Below, piece by piece: positions 1 through 8,021 of a stretch of DNA of 52,189 nt. Source of the DNA: a virus (lineage: Duplodnaviria > Caudoviricetes); IMG/VR virus record IMGVR_UViG_3300040960_002552, positions 1 to 52,189 of that record; one strand, 5' to 3'. A program made the position numbers and the translations under genes. The notes beneath the pieces are model-generated. The model searched no databases and was not told where the DNA came from. It saw only the letters and a program-made list of their open reading frames with translations. Positions within the stretch are counted from its first letter, which is position 1, and every line of letters begins with the position of its first letter.

Positions 1-219
1 GACCAACTAGACCAAATCATTCGGCGGAACTTTGGGTTGGACGCCAAGGGCGGGGCTGCTGGGAGCAAGTTGTCCATCGACGTTTCAATATTGACGAACA
101 CCAAAACAGCCCTTAATGGTGGTGCGATTAAAACATCAGGTCATGTCATTGATGTTAGCGATGCCGTTGAAAGCAAAAAAGAAGAACACGATGGAGAACC
201 AGACCAAGATAAAAAATAA
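1..219 (+). CDS. Partial hypothetical protein (5'-truncated by window edge)
   Basis: Frame is open from base 1 (DQLDQIIRRNFGLDAKGG...) to the stop at 219, overlapping the next gene. Confidence 0.6.
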   Translation, partial: DQLDQIIRRNFGLDAKGGAAGSKLSIDVSILTNTKTALNGGAIKTSGHVIDVSDAVESKKEEHDGEPDQDKK

Positions 220-445
220 CGGTGACATGGTCAACTACCCACCCCACTACCGCTCACACCCCTCCGGTGTGGAGGTCATCGAGATCACAGAGCATCTAAA
301 CTTTTGTTTAGGTAATGCTGTTAAGTATATCCTACGGGCTGATCACAAGGGGGCGAAACTCGAAGACCTAAAAAAGGCTCAGTGGTATATCACTCGAGAG
401 GTCCGACGCCTTCAGGAAAACCCTCCTGAAAGAACCGAGTTGTAG
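191..445 (+). CDS. DUF3310 / T7 gp1.7-like protein
   Basis: Family pattern DMVNYPPHY...EVIE...FCLGNAVKYILRA..K..LEDLKKAQWY; ATG at 191 preferred. Confidence 0.85.
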   Translation: MENQTKIKNNGDMVNYPPHYRSHPSGVEVIEITEHLNFCLGNAVKYILRADHKGAKLEDLKKAQWYITREVRRLQENPPERTEL

Positions 446-450
446 TCGCG

Positions 451-981
451 ATGAATACCACCTACTCTCAGATGATCGTCGGCGTCGACAACGGTGTCGA
501 CGGTGGCTTGTGCGCGATCTCAAGATGCCGAGGCTGTGTAATCTCCAAGATGGTAATGCCGACGCTGAAGCGGAATGGTAAAAGCGAAGTCGACTTGATG
601 GCTGTGAAGGAGTGGGTAAACGAACTGAACACTGAACCCTGTTTCGTGATTGAGGAACCACTGCACCATGCCAAGAGTTCCCAAGCTGTTCGTTCTATGG
701 CAATAAACTTTGGTAAACTGTTAGGGGCTTGCGAGATGCGTATGTGGGAGGTTAACCCCATAACAGTCAGGGAGTGGCAGAAGGAAATGCTGGGGACTGT
801 CCCCAAGGGGAAAACAAAGGAAGTGGCGAAGGACATAGCAATGATGCTGTGTCCGGGCGAAGACTGGACTCGATCAGAGAGGGCCGTGGTCCCCCACGAC
901 GGCATGATCGATGCTTATCTGATTGCTGAATATTGGAGGAAAAAATCAGCTTTTTCTGATTTAAAGGAAAAAAATAATTGA
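451..981 (+). CDS. RuvC-like Holliday junction resolvase
   Basis: IVGVDNGVDGG start, acidic VIEE, WQK, and C-terminal HDGMIDAYLIA catalytic pattern. Confidence 0.8.
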   Translation: MNTTYSQMIVGVDNGVDGGLCAISRCRGCVISKMVMPTLKRNGKSEVDLMAVKEWVNELNTEPCFVIEEPLHHAKSSQAVRSMAINFGKLLGACEMRMWEVNPITVREWQKEMLGTVPKGKTKEVAKDIAMMLCPGEDWTRSERAVVPHDGMIDAYLIAEYWRKKSAFSDLKEKNN

Positions 982-1014
982 CTCTATTTCGGAAACGTGA
1001 GAGTATCCCGCCGA

Positions 1015-2340
1015 ATGAAGCAATTATACCCGAAGCAATTAGAAGCCTTAGATTTTTTTACCAGTAAGATAGATTCAGGGTTCAGTACTCTGGATGCGAG
1101 TGCCACCGGAACAGGTAAGACCGTTGTGGCGGCGCACCTCGCGAAGCACTGGGACGGCCCAGTAGCGGTTCTTTGTCCTAAAGCGGTGATACCTTCTTGG
1201 GAAAGGGAACTATCCGAGACAGGTATCGAGCCTCTGTTCATTCTCAACTACGAGAAGATACGAGGTGGGCGGACTCCCTACATGACCAAAGTTGGGAAGT
1301 CTATTATGAACTGGAAGATTCCAAAGAACACCCTCGTTCTGCTGGATGAAGTCCATAAGTGCAAGGGGCCATACACACAAAATGCCCAGCTGTATATTTC
1401 TTTAACGCTCCAAGGTTTTACCACTCACGCCATGTCTGCAACGGCAGCGGAGAACCCTACTGAAATGCGGGGTCTGGGTTTTGCCCTCGGCCTTCATACA
1501 CTGAACAAATCCAAGGGAGGTAAGCGGTCTTTTTACGGGTGGATGAAACAAAACGGGTGTTTCCTAGACGAGTGGGGTAAATGGGACTTTTGTCGAGCGA
1601 GGTCTGGTGTAAACCCCAAACTCACCCAAATGCACGACACTTTATTCCGATCCCAAGAAGCACGGGCTTGTCGATTAAAGACATCAGACTTCCCCGACTC
1701 CTTCCGAGAGAACATGGTCTTTTATGAGCCAGTTCAGTTTACGAAAGCAAAGCAGATTGAAAAAGCATTCAAAGAGTTGGACATAACACCCGACATCTTG
1801 ACCGACTATATCGAGAACGGCACGGTAGAAAACTCGGACAACATAGTTCTAGTTAACATACTAAGGGCTAGGCAGTTATCAGAGTCTCTCAAAGCTCCTG
1901 ACATAGCCGAGATGGCGGAAGATTTAATCCTAGAAGGGAAGAGTGTGGTGGTGTTTGTAAACTTCACCCAGACAGTTGATGCGCTGGTCGAGAGACTTAA
2001 ATGTCTTAAGATCGATGGAAGACAAAACTCAGCAGAAAGACAGGAAGCTATTGACAGGTTCCAGAAGGACGAAGATAATGCCCTCGTTGTCAATATAGCA
2101 GCAGGAGGCACGGGTGTTTCTTTGCATGACGTTCGAGGAGAACGACAGCGTGTATCCATAATCTCCCCCACCTATGTAGCCAAGGACCATCTTCAATGTC
2201 TGGGTCGAATCCACAGGAACGGTGCTAAATCGGACGCGATCCAAAAAGTTCTCTACGCCGATAAGACAATAGAAGAGTCGGTTATCAAATCTCTTAAAAC
2301 TAAAATCAACAACATAGATACACTAAACAATGGCAGATAA
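1015..2340 (+). CDS. Superfamily 2 helicase
   Basis: Walker A ATGTGKT, DEVH, SAT, AGGTGVSL and QCLGRIHR motifs; ATG at 1015 (GTG at 997 is an alternative). Confidence 0.9.
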   Translation: MKQLYPKQLEALDFFTSKIDSGFSTLDASATGTGKTVVAAHLAKHWDGPVAVLCPKAVIPSWERELSETGIEPLFILNYEKIRGGRTPYMTKVGKSIMNWKIPKNTLVLLDEVHKCKGPYTQNAQLYISLTLQGFTTHAMSATAAENPTEMRGLGFALGLHTLNKSKGGKRSFYGWMKQNGCFLDEWGKWDFCRARSGVNPKLTQMHDTLFRSQEARACRLKTSDFPDSFRENMVFYEPVQFTKAKQIEKAFKELDITPDILTDYIENGTVENSDNIVLVNILRARQLSESLKAPDIAEMAEDLILEGKSVVVFVNFTQTVDALVERLKCLKIDGRQNSAERQEAIDRFQKDEDNALVVNIAAGGTGVSLHDVRGERQRVSIISPTYVAKDHLQCLGRIHRNGAKSDAIQKVLYADKTIEESVIKSLKTKINNIDTLNNGR

Positions 2341-2584
2341 CGTAAACCACAGCGAACGCGCCCACGCAGAATTTGGACCTAGCGGACTAAAGTATGTCAA
2401 GGCTTGCCCCGGCTTCAAAGGAAAAGAAGGAACCTCTGAAGCAGCCGAAAAAGGAACTCGGATACATGAAGCTCTAGAGGTCCATGACCCTAGTGCCCTT
2501 CACGACGAAGAAGAGGTAGAGATCTATGAAAAGATCGTCCAGATGGAGTTCGAGTTTATGAAGGAATTTGAGTCAAACAATTAA
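2330..2584 (+). CDS. N-terminal fragment of Cas4-like/DUF2800 PD-(D/E)xK nuclease
   Basis: HAEFGPSGLKYVKACPG...AAEKGTRIHEALE matches the N-terminal SPS..CP..GT..H segment of this family. Confidence 0.75.
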   Translation: MADNVNHSERAHAEFGPSGLKYVKACPGFKGKEGTSEAAEKGTRIHEALEVHDPSALHDEEEVEIYEKIVQMEFEFMKEFESNN

Positions 2585-2595
2585 CTAGTTACACT

Positions 2596-3252
2596 ATGAT
2601 AGTAAATATTCTAAAAAATAACCACACTATTTCAAAACCGTTTAGGTCTATATTAGGAGTAGACACTCTTAAATCTGAAAAAAAAGAAAAGCATACTTTA
2701 ATGGCCCTCAATTCCCCGAGGCTATCAGAAGTTGCTTGCCTTCTAGTCAACAAGTATAACATAGACTGCATCATTGAGACGGGAACTTTTCTGGGCAGAG
2801 GGACCACGAAGTCCTTCGCATTTACTGGGGTGGAAGTTCACTCTTGTGAATCTAACGGAGTCACCTACAAGAAGGCCATAGAGAACATAGGATACCTGCC
2901 CCATGTTTTCCTTAACCACGCGAACTCGACAGAGCGAAAAGATTTACCTGCAAAGTTGGTTGAGAAAATACAAGTCGAAAACGTAGCCAAAGAGCAAAAC
3001 TGGTTAGCTAAAACCCTACTTGCCAAAAAAGATAAGAGAGTCTTACTCAGCTTGGATTCTGGCGGGGCTATCGGACAAAAAGAAATGACAGTGGCTTTGG
3101 ATGCCATAAAAGAATATAACAACGTAAGGTGTTTGGTTCTTGATGACCTCCACCAAGTTAAACATAAAGATTCTCCTGATCGGGTACATGAAGAGCTTGG
3201 CCTAGATATATACCAAGTCGAGCATCGCTGGGGGTTCACCATAAATGAGTGA
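2596..3252 (+). CDS. Class I SAM-dependent methyltransferase-like protein (copy 1)
   Basis: IIETGTFLGRGT motif I, VHSCE, LSLDS, LVLDD; 218 aa; paralog of 18571-19227. Confidence 0.7.
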   Translation: MIVNILKNNHTISKPFRSILGVDTLKSEKKEKHTLMALNSPRLSEVACLLVNKYNIDCIIETGTFLGRGTTKSFAFTGVEVHSCESNGVTYKKAIENIGYLPHVFLNHANSTERKDLPAKLVEKIQVENVAKEQNWLAKTLLAKKDKRVLLSLDSGGAIGQKEMTVALDAIKEYNNVRCLVLDDLHQVKHKDSPDRVHEELGLDIYQVEHRWGFTINE

Positions 3253-3436
3253 GGTGGAGATGGCTTCTTTGGTGCTTCAATACAAAGTTTTAAAACACGA
3301 CCTTGACGAACTGTTGAAAAGCATTTCCGATAATTCCGCTGACCTTGACATTTATGAGCAGCGCAGCCTTCTCAGAGATGGGATAAAGGTGATCTCAAAG
3401 AGATGCGCTAAGGTGATTGAATTGACCGAAGACTAA
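3245..3436 (+). CDS. Hypothetical protein
   Basis: 63-aa ORF overlapping the previous stop. Confidence 0.55.
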   Translation: MSEVEMASLVLQYKVLKHDLDELLKSISDNSADLDIYEQRSLLRDGIKVISKRCAKVIELTED

Positions 3437-3526
3437 TTTTAGCTGGGGATTGGGGTCGAAAGCTCCCAATTTTAAATGAGACAGCATAGATGTCCGCCCA
3501 GTAGCTCTCTCTCTAAAAATTGAAAA

Positions 3527-3778
3527 ATGAATAAAGATTTATTCTCAGGTTTTGATCCAGACCATCTATTGGTAATGGACGGGTATGATGACTGCATCGT
3601 TGGGGTAGTAGAACGCTTCGGTCAAGACCCTATCGTTTGTTATGACAAATACAAGGTAATACAAAAACTCCAAGATGATGGTGGTATGTCCAGAGACGAG
3701 GCTGTAGAGTTTTTTCACTTTAATCACCTTGGGGCGTGGATGGGAGATTTAACTCCGTGCTTTGTATCGCTTAATTAG
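3527..3778 (+). CDS. Conserved phage hypothetical protein
   Basis: DGYDDCIVGV...YD..KVI..L...GMS.DEAVEFF.FN..GAWMG..TP pattern, common in small phage proteins. Confidence 0.7.
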   Translation: MNKDLFSGFDPDHLLVMDGYDDCIVGVVERFGQDPIVCYDKYKVIQKLQDDGGMSRDEAVEFFHFNHLGAWMGDLTPCFVSLN

Positions 3779-3808
3779 GTTGCATTTATAAATAAAAATT
3801 GAAAACGA

Positions 3809-4024
3809 ATGAAACACCACTACCCAAATTGCCAAGGAGGACTAGACTGCGATTGCGACGACGAGCTAGACACGGACTCGCTCAAAGTCGGCAGCATCAT
3901 CCGATACTGGACGGAGCGACTTATGGTCGATCATATCGACTGGGATAAGGGAGTATTATGGGCATCCTGCGCTATGGGGAAAGAATTTGAAATCCCCTTT
4001 GGTGAATTTGATATTATTCGCTAG
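3809..4024 (+). CDS. Hypothetical protein
   Basis: 71-aa ORF with an A-rich upstream region. Confidence 0.55.
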   Translation: MKHHYPNCQGGLDCDCDDELDTDSLKVGSIIRYWTERLMVDHIDWDKGVLWASCAMGKEFEIPFGEFDIIR

Positions 4025-4091
4025 GGAAGGACATTGCGCCCACCACGGAGAGTTTTATGAAAAATTGAAGAATGTATTTTAGAAATTTCGC

Positions 4092-4325
4092 ATGGATTTA
4101 AAATATGGTCCGTTGAGAGACAAGATACTCAAAGAATTGAGTGATGGGGAAGTTCTCACTTCCAAAGAAATAGAAGAGAAGGTTGCTTGGCCCAAAAAAA
4201 CCAACATAGTAAAAACCTTGTCAGATTTGAAAATAGACTTGGTGGTTAGAAAAGACTCAAGAAAGTTGTTGAAAATATTCCCCGAAAAAGCTAGGGGTCA
4301 GTTTAAATGGAGATTAGTAAAATGA
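4092..4325 (+). CDS. Hypothetical protein, possibly winged-helix-like
   Basis: 77 aa, basic, ILKELS...LTSKEIEE; ATGA overlap with the next gene. Confidence 0.5.
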   Translation: MDLKYGPLRDKILKELSDGEVLTSKEIEEKVAWPKKTNIVKTLSDLKIDLVVRKDSRKLLKIFPEKARGQFKWRLVK

Positions 4326-5194
4326 AAGAAGACTACAATGAAATCGTTTTAGACATCGAACTGGACTATGGGTTGTCCACGTTCGGAACATGCGACAGGC
4401 TTACCATTTACAACGGTAAAAAAGCACTTCTCGCGGATTACAAAACGGGGATAAGTCAGATTGACCACCCGTCGAAAAACTACCAGGCAAAAGCCTACAC
4501 CTTGGGAGTATTCCAAAAATATCCCGAAGTAGAAGAGGTCACGTTTGTTTTCTACATCCCGCTTTACAACGAATCCCCTCACCACACATTTACCAGAGAG
4601 GATGTCCCCGCGTTGAGAAAGGAACTGTCTACGGTGATCGCTTTAGCCACTGGCACTCGACACTACTGGCAAGATGGAACCCCTCCGACTCAAAACCTAA
4701 ACCCAACACAAAATTGCAGGTTCTGCCGACACGAAGAGTCGTGTCCTGCCCTGGTGGGGTTGGTTTCGGAAGTCGCTAAAAAAGTAGGGCATCAATTTGA
4801 AGGTGTTGATTTTGATGAGACAGATGATCCCGAACAAGTTGAAGTCCTTTATGACCTCGCGAAAGTCGTTGAAAAGTGGGCTATGTCCTACAAAAGAAAA
4901 GCGGTCCAACTGGCGAAAGAGGGGATGGTCTTCCCAGGGCTGAAATTAAAATCAATGGGCGCAACGTCTAAAATAGAAGACGTTGGTGGACTCATTGAGA
5001 CAGCTAAAGATTTCGGAATCACCGAGGACCATCTTTTGAAGTTAGCATCTTTCCCTATCGGAAGGCTTGCGAAAGCGGTATCTGAAACCGCGAAAACAAA
5101 AGAAAAAGCAGCAATAAAAACAGAATTTCTTGACACGCTTGAAGAGAAGAGCATTATGTCAAAGTCTGAAGAGAGGTTCACACTCTCGAAATAG
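4322..5194 (+). CDS. C-terminal part of Cas4-like/DUF2800 PD-(D/E)xK nuclease
   Basis: FGTCD...ADYKTG...NYQAKAY catalytic motifs and a CRFCRHEESCP Cys cluster. Confidence 0.85.
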   Translation: MKEDYNEIVLDIELDYGLSTFGTCDRLTIYNGKKALLADYKTGISQIDHPSKNYQAKAYTLGVFQKYPEVEEVTFVFYIPLYNESPHHTFTREDVPALRKELSTVIALATGTRHYWQDGTPPTQNLNPTQNCRFCRHEESCPALVGLVSEVAKKVGHQFEGVDFDETDDPEQVEVLYDLAKVVEKWAMSYKRKAVQLAKEGMVFPGLKLKSMGATSKIEDVGGLIETAKDFGITEDHLLKLASFPIGRLAKAVSETAKTKEKAAIKTEFLDTLEEKSIMSKSEERFTLSK

Positions 5195-5221
5195 AAACAA
5201 CAAAACAAAACAAAAACAAAA

Positions 5222-5857
5222 ATGGCAAAATCGGAAATAGTAGAAGATAAGAAAGAACTGTCGTCCGCGACTCCAGGATTCATCATCGACCCGGAGGACA
5301 TCGACATCCCCAAAGTAAACCTGGTTCAGAAAATGAGTCAGATCGACGGACCCCTTGGGTCAATCATGCTGGATCAAAAGCACTGCATCGCAGAAGCCGA
5401 TGAACCTGTTGCGGTTTCAATCGTATCCGCCCGTAAGGGTTGGCGTGAAGACATTCCATTCGATGAGGACGAGATGCCTCGCATCGCGTGGAACCACGAA
5501 GACCGTGATGCCTTGGAAGCAGACTCAGGATATAAGATCCTTGAGTTCGCTGACATCCGCATCCTCTTCCACGGAGGTGAGGATGCTGACCAAACGGTAT
5601 ACACCGTGCCGATTGGAGATAATCAGTATGCTCTTGGACGGATCAACGTCCAGAAGGATGCCTACCGCAACACATACAAGCGTCTTGCTACGTTTGCAGC
5701 AGTGAACGCAGGGGCGGATCTTTCGGCTAAAGTTTGGAATATGAAGTCTATCTTGCTCACCAAAGGCAAGTATAGCTGGTATTCTCCTAGCTTAGAAAAC
5801 TCCTCAGAGGTAGCCGCTGATGAGGTGGTTCAGTTCTTGGAAATGTTTCAGCAATGA
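5222..5857 (+). CDS. Putative ssDNA-binding/recombination protein
   Basis: Position between nuclease and polymerase; DIDIPKVNLVQKMS and SWY motifs; acidic. Confidence 0.55.
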   Translation: MAKSEIVEDKKELSSATPGFIIDPEDIDIPKVNLVQKMSQIDGPLGSIMLDQKHCIAEADEPVAVSIVSARKGWREDIPFDEDEMPRIAWNHEDRDALEADSGYKILEFADIRILFHGGEDADQTVYTVPIGDNQYALGRINVQKDAYRNTYKRLATFAAVNAGADLSAKVWNMKSILLTKGKYSWYSPSLENSSEVAADEVVQFLEMFQQ

Positions 5858-6027
5858 GCTACGACATTGAACTCGTCAAGGAACACGTAGCCAACATCGA
5901 GGCTGTGCGTTCCGAATTAGAACAGAAACTCGATGAACTTGAAGCCGCTAAAGAACACTTGGAGACTGAACTCAAAAGACTAGGCGCAGCCCATCAAGTG
6001 CTTTCTGATTCGTTGGAAGAAGCATAA
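5854..6027 (+). CDS. Small coiled-coil protein (57 aa, not in ORF track)
   Basis: ATGA overlap; MSYDIELVKEHVANIEAVRSELEQKLDELEAAKEHLETELKRL... heptad pattern. Confidence 0.65.
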   Translation: MSYDIELVKEHVANIEAVRSELEQKLDELEAAKEHLETELKRLGAAHQVLSDSLEEA

Positions 6028-6043
6028 ACAACAAAAATAATAT

Positions 6044-6077
6044 AGGCTCCGCTCATTATGGGCGGAGTCTTTTTTTT
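6044..6077 (+). terminator. Rho-independent terminator
   Basis: aggctccgctc-attat-gggcggagtct stem followed by a T run. Confidence 0.75.
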
Positions 6078-6081
6078 ACTT

Positions 6082-6264
6082 ATGACAAATATTGAAGACG
6101 TTGATACAGATGAAATGATAGACTTCCTCCACTCGTTGGTAGAAGCCCTAGAACCCGACCCCGACCAGACAGAGCGTTTAATCGGGTTCTTAGAGGAGGA
6201 GAGCATCCTCTTGGAATACTGGACAGATGAAAACGATGTCTTTTGTTGTGGGAAGCAAAAATGA
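6082..6264 (+). CDS. Small acidic hypothetical protein
   Basis: MTNIEDVDTDEMID...; ATGA overlap with the polymerase gene. Confidence 0.55.
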   Translation: MTNIEDVDTDEMIDFLHSLVEALEPDPDQTERLIGFLEEESILLEYWTDENDVFCCGKQK

Positions 6265-8021
6265 AAACATACGCGCTGGACTTTGAGTCCTACTACGACA
6301 AGGAATGCTCCATATCTGTTCTGGGACCGCTAGGTTATTTCTCTCACCCAGACTTCGATGCTTACATGGTGAGTGTTGTAGGAGATGACGGATATGTTTA
6401 TGTGGGACACCCGAAAGAGTTTGATTGGAGTATCCTAGAAGGAAATAGAGTTCTGTCACACAACGCCGCTTTTGATGAAACCCTTTACCTTTTCGGCATT
6501 GGGATGAAGTGGTGGGATGAAGTGGACTACGCGGAATGGCACTGCACTGCTGATATGGCAGCGTATTGTGGGCATCCAAGGAACTTGAAGGGGGCTTCAA
6601 AAGCTGTCTTAGGGATAGATCTAAGTAAAGAAACCCGCGACACAATGAAGGGGCAGAAGTGGGACGGTATGGACTCTTTATTCAAAGAAGAGGTTCTGGA
6701 ATACGCCACTAAAGACTCCGAGTATTGCTTGGCTCTTTGGCAGAAACTTGAACCCCTGTGGCCGAAAAAGGAAAGAGAGATCAGCGTTATGAATCGGAAA
6801 GCAGCCCAGGGAGGTATCCCAGTAGACTCCGACTACATTGAGGAGTGTATCGCTACCCTCAATAAAGAACTTTTTTTGGCCGAACAAAACATCCCCTGGA
6901 TTGGGGAGAAGAAACTTTTATCGAGAGCGGCCTTTAACGATGAGTGCAGGAAGAACGGGCTAGTCCCCCCTGCATCACTGGCGAAAGATAATGAAGAAAC
7001 CGAACGCTGGTTTCGCGCCCACAGTAAAAAGTTTCTTTGGATCGGGGCAACTAGGAACTGGAGACGAATAAATGCGCTCAAGAAAAAAATGTTATCCTTC
7101 CGGGCCGCTACTATGCAGAATGGAAGATACTACGGGGGGTTGATGTATTGGGGGGCGCACACGGGAAGATTCAGCGGCAGCGGCGGGAACCTAAACCTTC
7201 AGAACATGCCGCGTGGTGAACTGTTCGGGGTAGACATGAGGAAAGTAATCTGCGCCCCAAAAGGAAAAAAACTCGTAGTGGTTGACTTATCACAGATCGA
7301 AGTTAGAACATTATCCTGGTTGTCGGGGGACTCAGGGATGCTAAAGAGAATCGAGGAATCAGATGACATCTACGAAGCGTTCGCTATCCAGTTTGGGCTG
7401 TGGGACGAGTCGAAAGGGTCTTTGAAAAAGGAAGACCCTTCTCTCAGGCACACCGTAAAGACGATGGCTCTTGGATGCGGCTACGGAGTGGGGGCGAAAA
7501 GATTTAGTGAGTTTAGCGGAACAACAGAAAAAGAAGCCGCTAAGTCTGTAGCACTCTACCGGAGCAGCCTCCCTAAAGTAACTAGGTATTGGAGGGACTT
7601 AAATGATTCTTTGAATGTTGCTTATGATTCAGAATGCCCTTTTGAAATCTCTTTGCCTTCTGGCAGGAAACTTAGATATGGGAGTTTGTATTCCAATAAA
7701 ACATCTAGGGGGATAGAGCTAGTAGCCAAAATTACAAAAGGGTCAAACAAAGTCGCTATGAAACTTTGGGGTGGGATTTTAGCGGAAAACGCCGCCTCTG
7801 CATTGGCGAGGGATATTTTCACTGACGCGATGCTCCGAATCAGAAAAGAAGGATATTGGATACTGTTTCACGTCCACGATGAGGTGGTCGTAGAGGTGGA
7901 CGAAGACAAAGCTGAGAAGGCTCTGGAGGACATAACTAGGATATTATCCACGCCACCAGAGTGGATTTCAAAGATTCCACTTGAAGCCGAGGGAAAAATA
8001 CTGCAAAGATACGAAAAATGA
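6261..8021 (+). CDS. polA: Phage family A DNA polymerase with 3'-5' exonuclease
   Basis: ALDFE exo I, HNAAFD exo II, HTGRFSG, NLQNMP, DLSQIEVR motif A, RHTVKTMALGCGYG motif B, VHDE motif C. Confidence 0.95.
   Translation: MKTYALDFESYYDKECSISVLGPLGYFSHPDFDAYMVSVVGDDGYVYVGHPKEFDWSILEGNRVLSHNAAFDETLYLFGIGMKWWDEVDYAEWHCTADMAAYCGHPRNLKGASKAVLGIDLSKETRDTMKGQKWDGMDSLFKEEVLEYATKDSEYCLALWQKLEPLWPKKEREISVMNRKAAQGGIPVDSDYIEECIATLNKELFLAEQNIPWIGEKKLLSRAAFNDECRKNGLVPPASLAKDNEETERWFRAHSKKFLWIGATRNWRRINALKKKMLSFRAATMQNGRYYGGLMYWGAHTGRFSGSGGNLNLQNMPRGELFGVDMRKVICAPKGKKLVVVDLSQIEVRTLSWLSGDSGMLKRIEESDDIYEAFAIQFGLWDESKGSLKKEDPSLRHTVKTMALGCGYGVGAKRFSEFSGTTEKEAAKSVALYRSSLPKVTRYWRDLNDSLNVAYDSECPFEISLPSGRKLRYGSLYSNKTSRGIELVAKITKGSNKVAMKLWGGILAENAASALARDIFTDAMLRIRKEGYWILFHVHDEVVVEVDEDKAEKALEDITRILSTPPEWISKIPLEAEGKILQRYEK

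Noticed and set aside
1-219. Terminase small subunit
   Set aside because: Only a C-terminal fragment is visible and it has no diagnostic motif; left as hypothetical
2585-4321. Self-splicing intron or intein explaining the split nuclease
   Set aside because: No group I/II core motifs, homing endonuclease or intein termini recognised; the insert is a run of ordinary small genes
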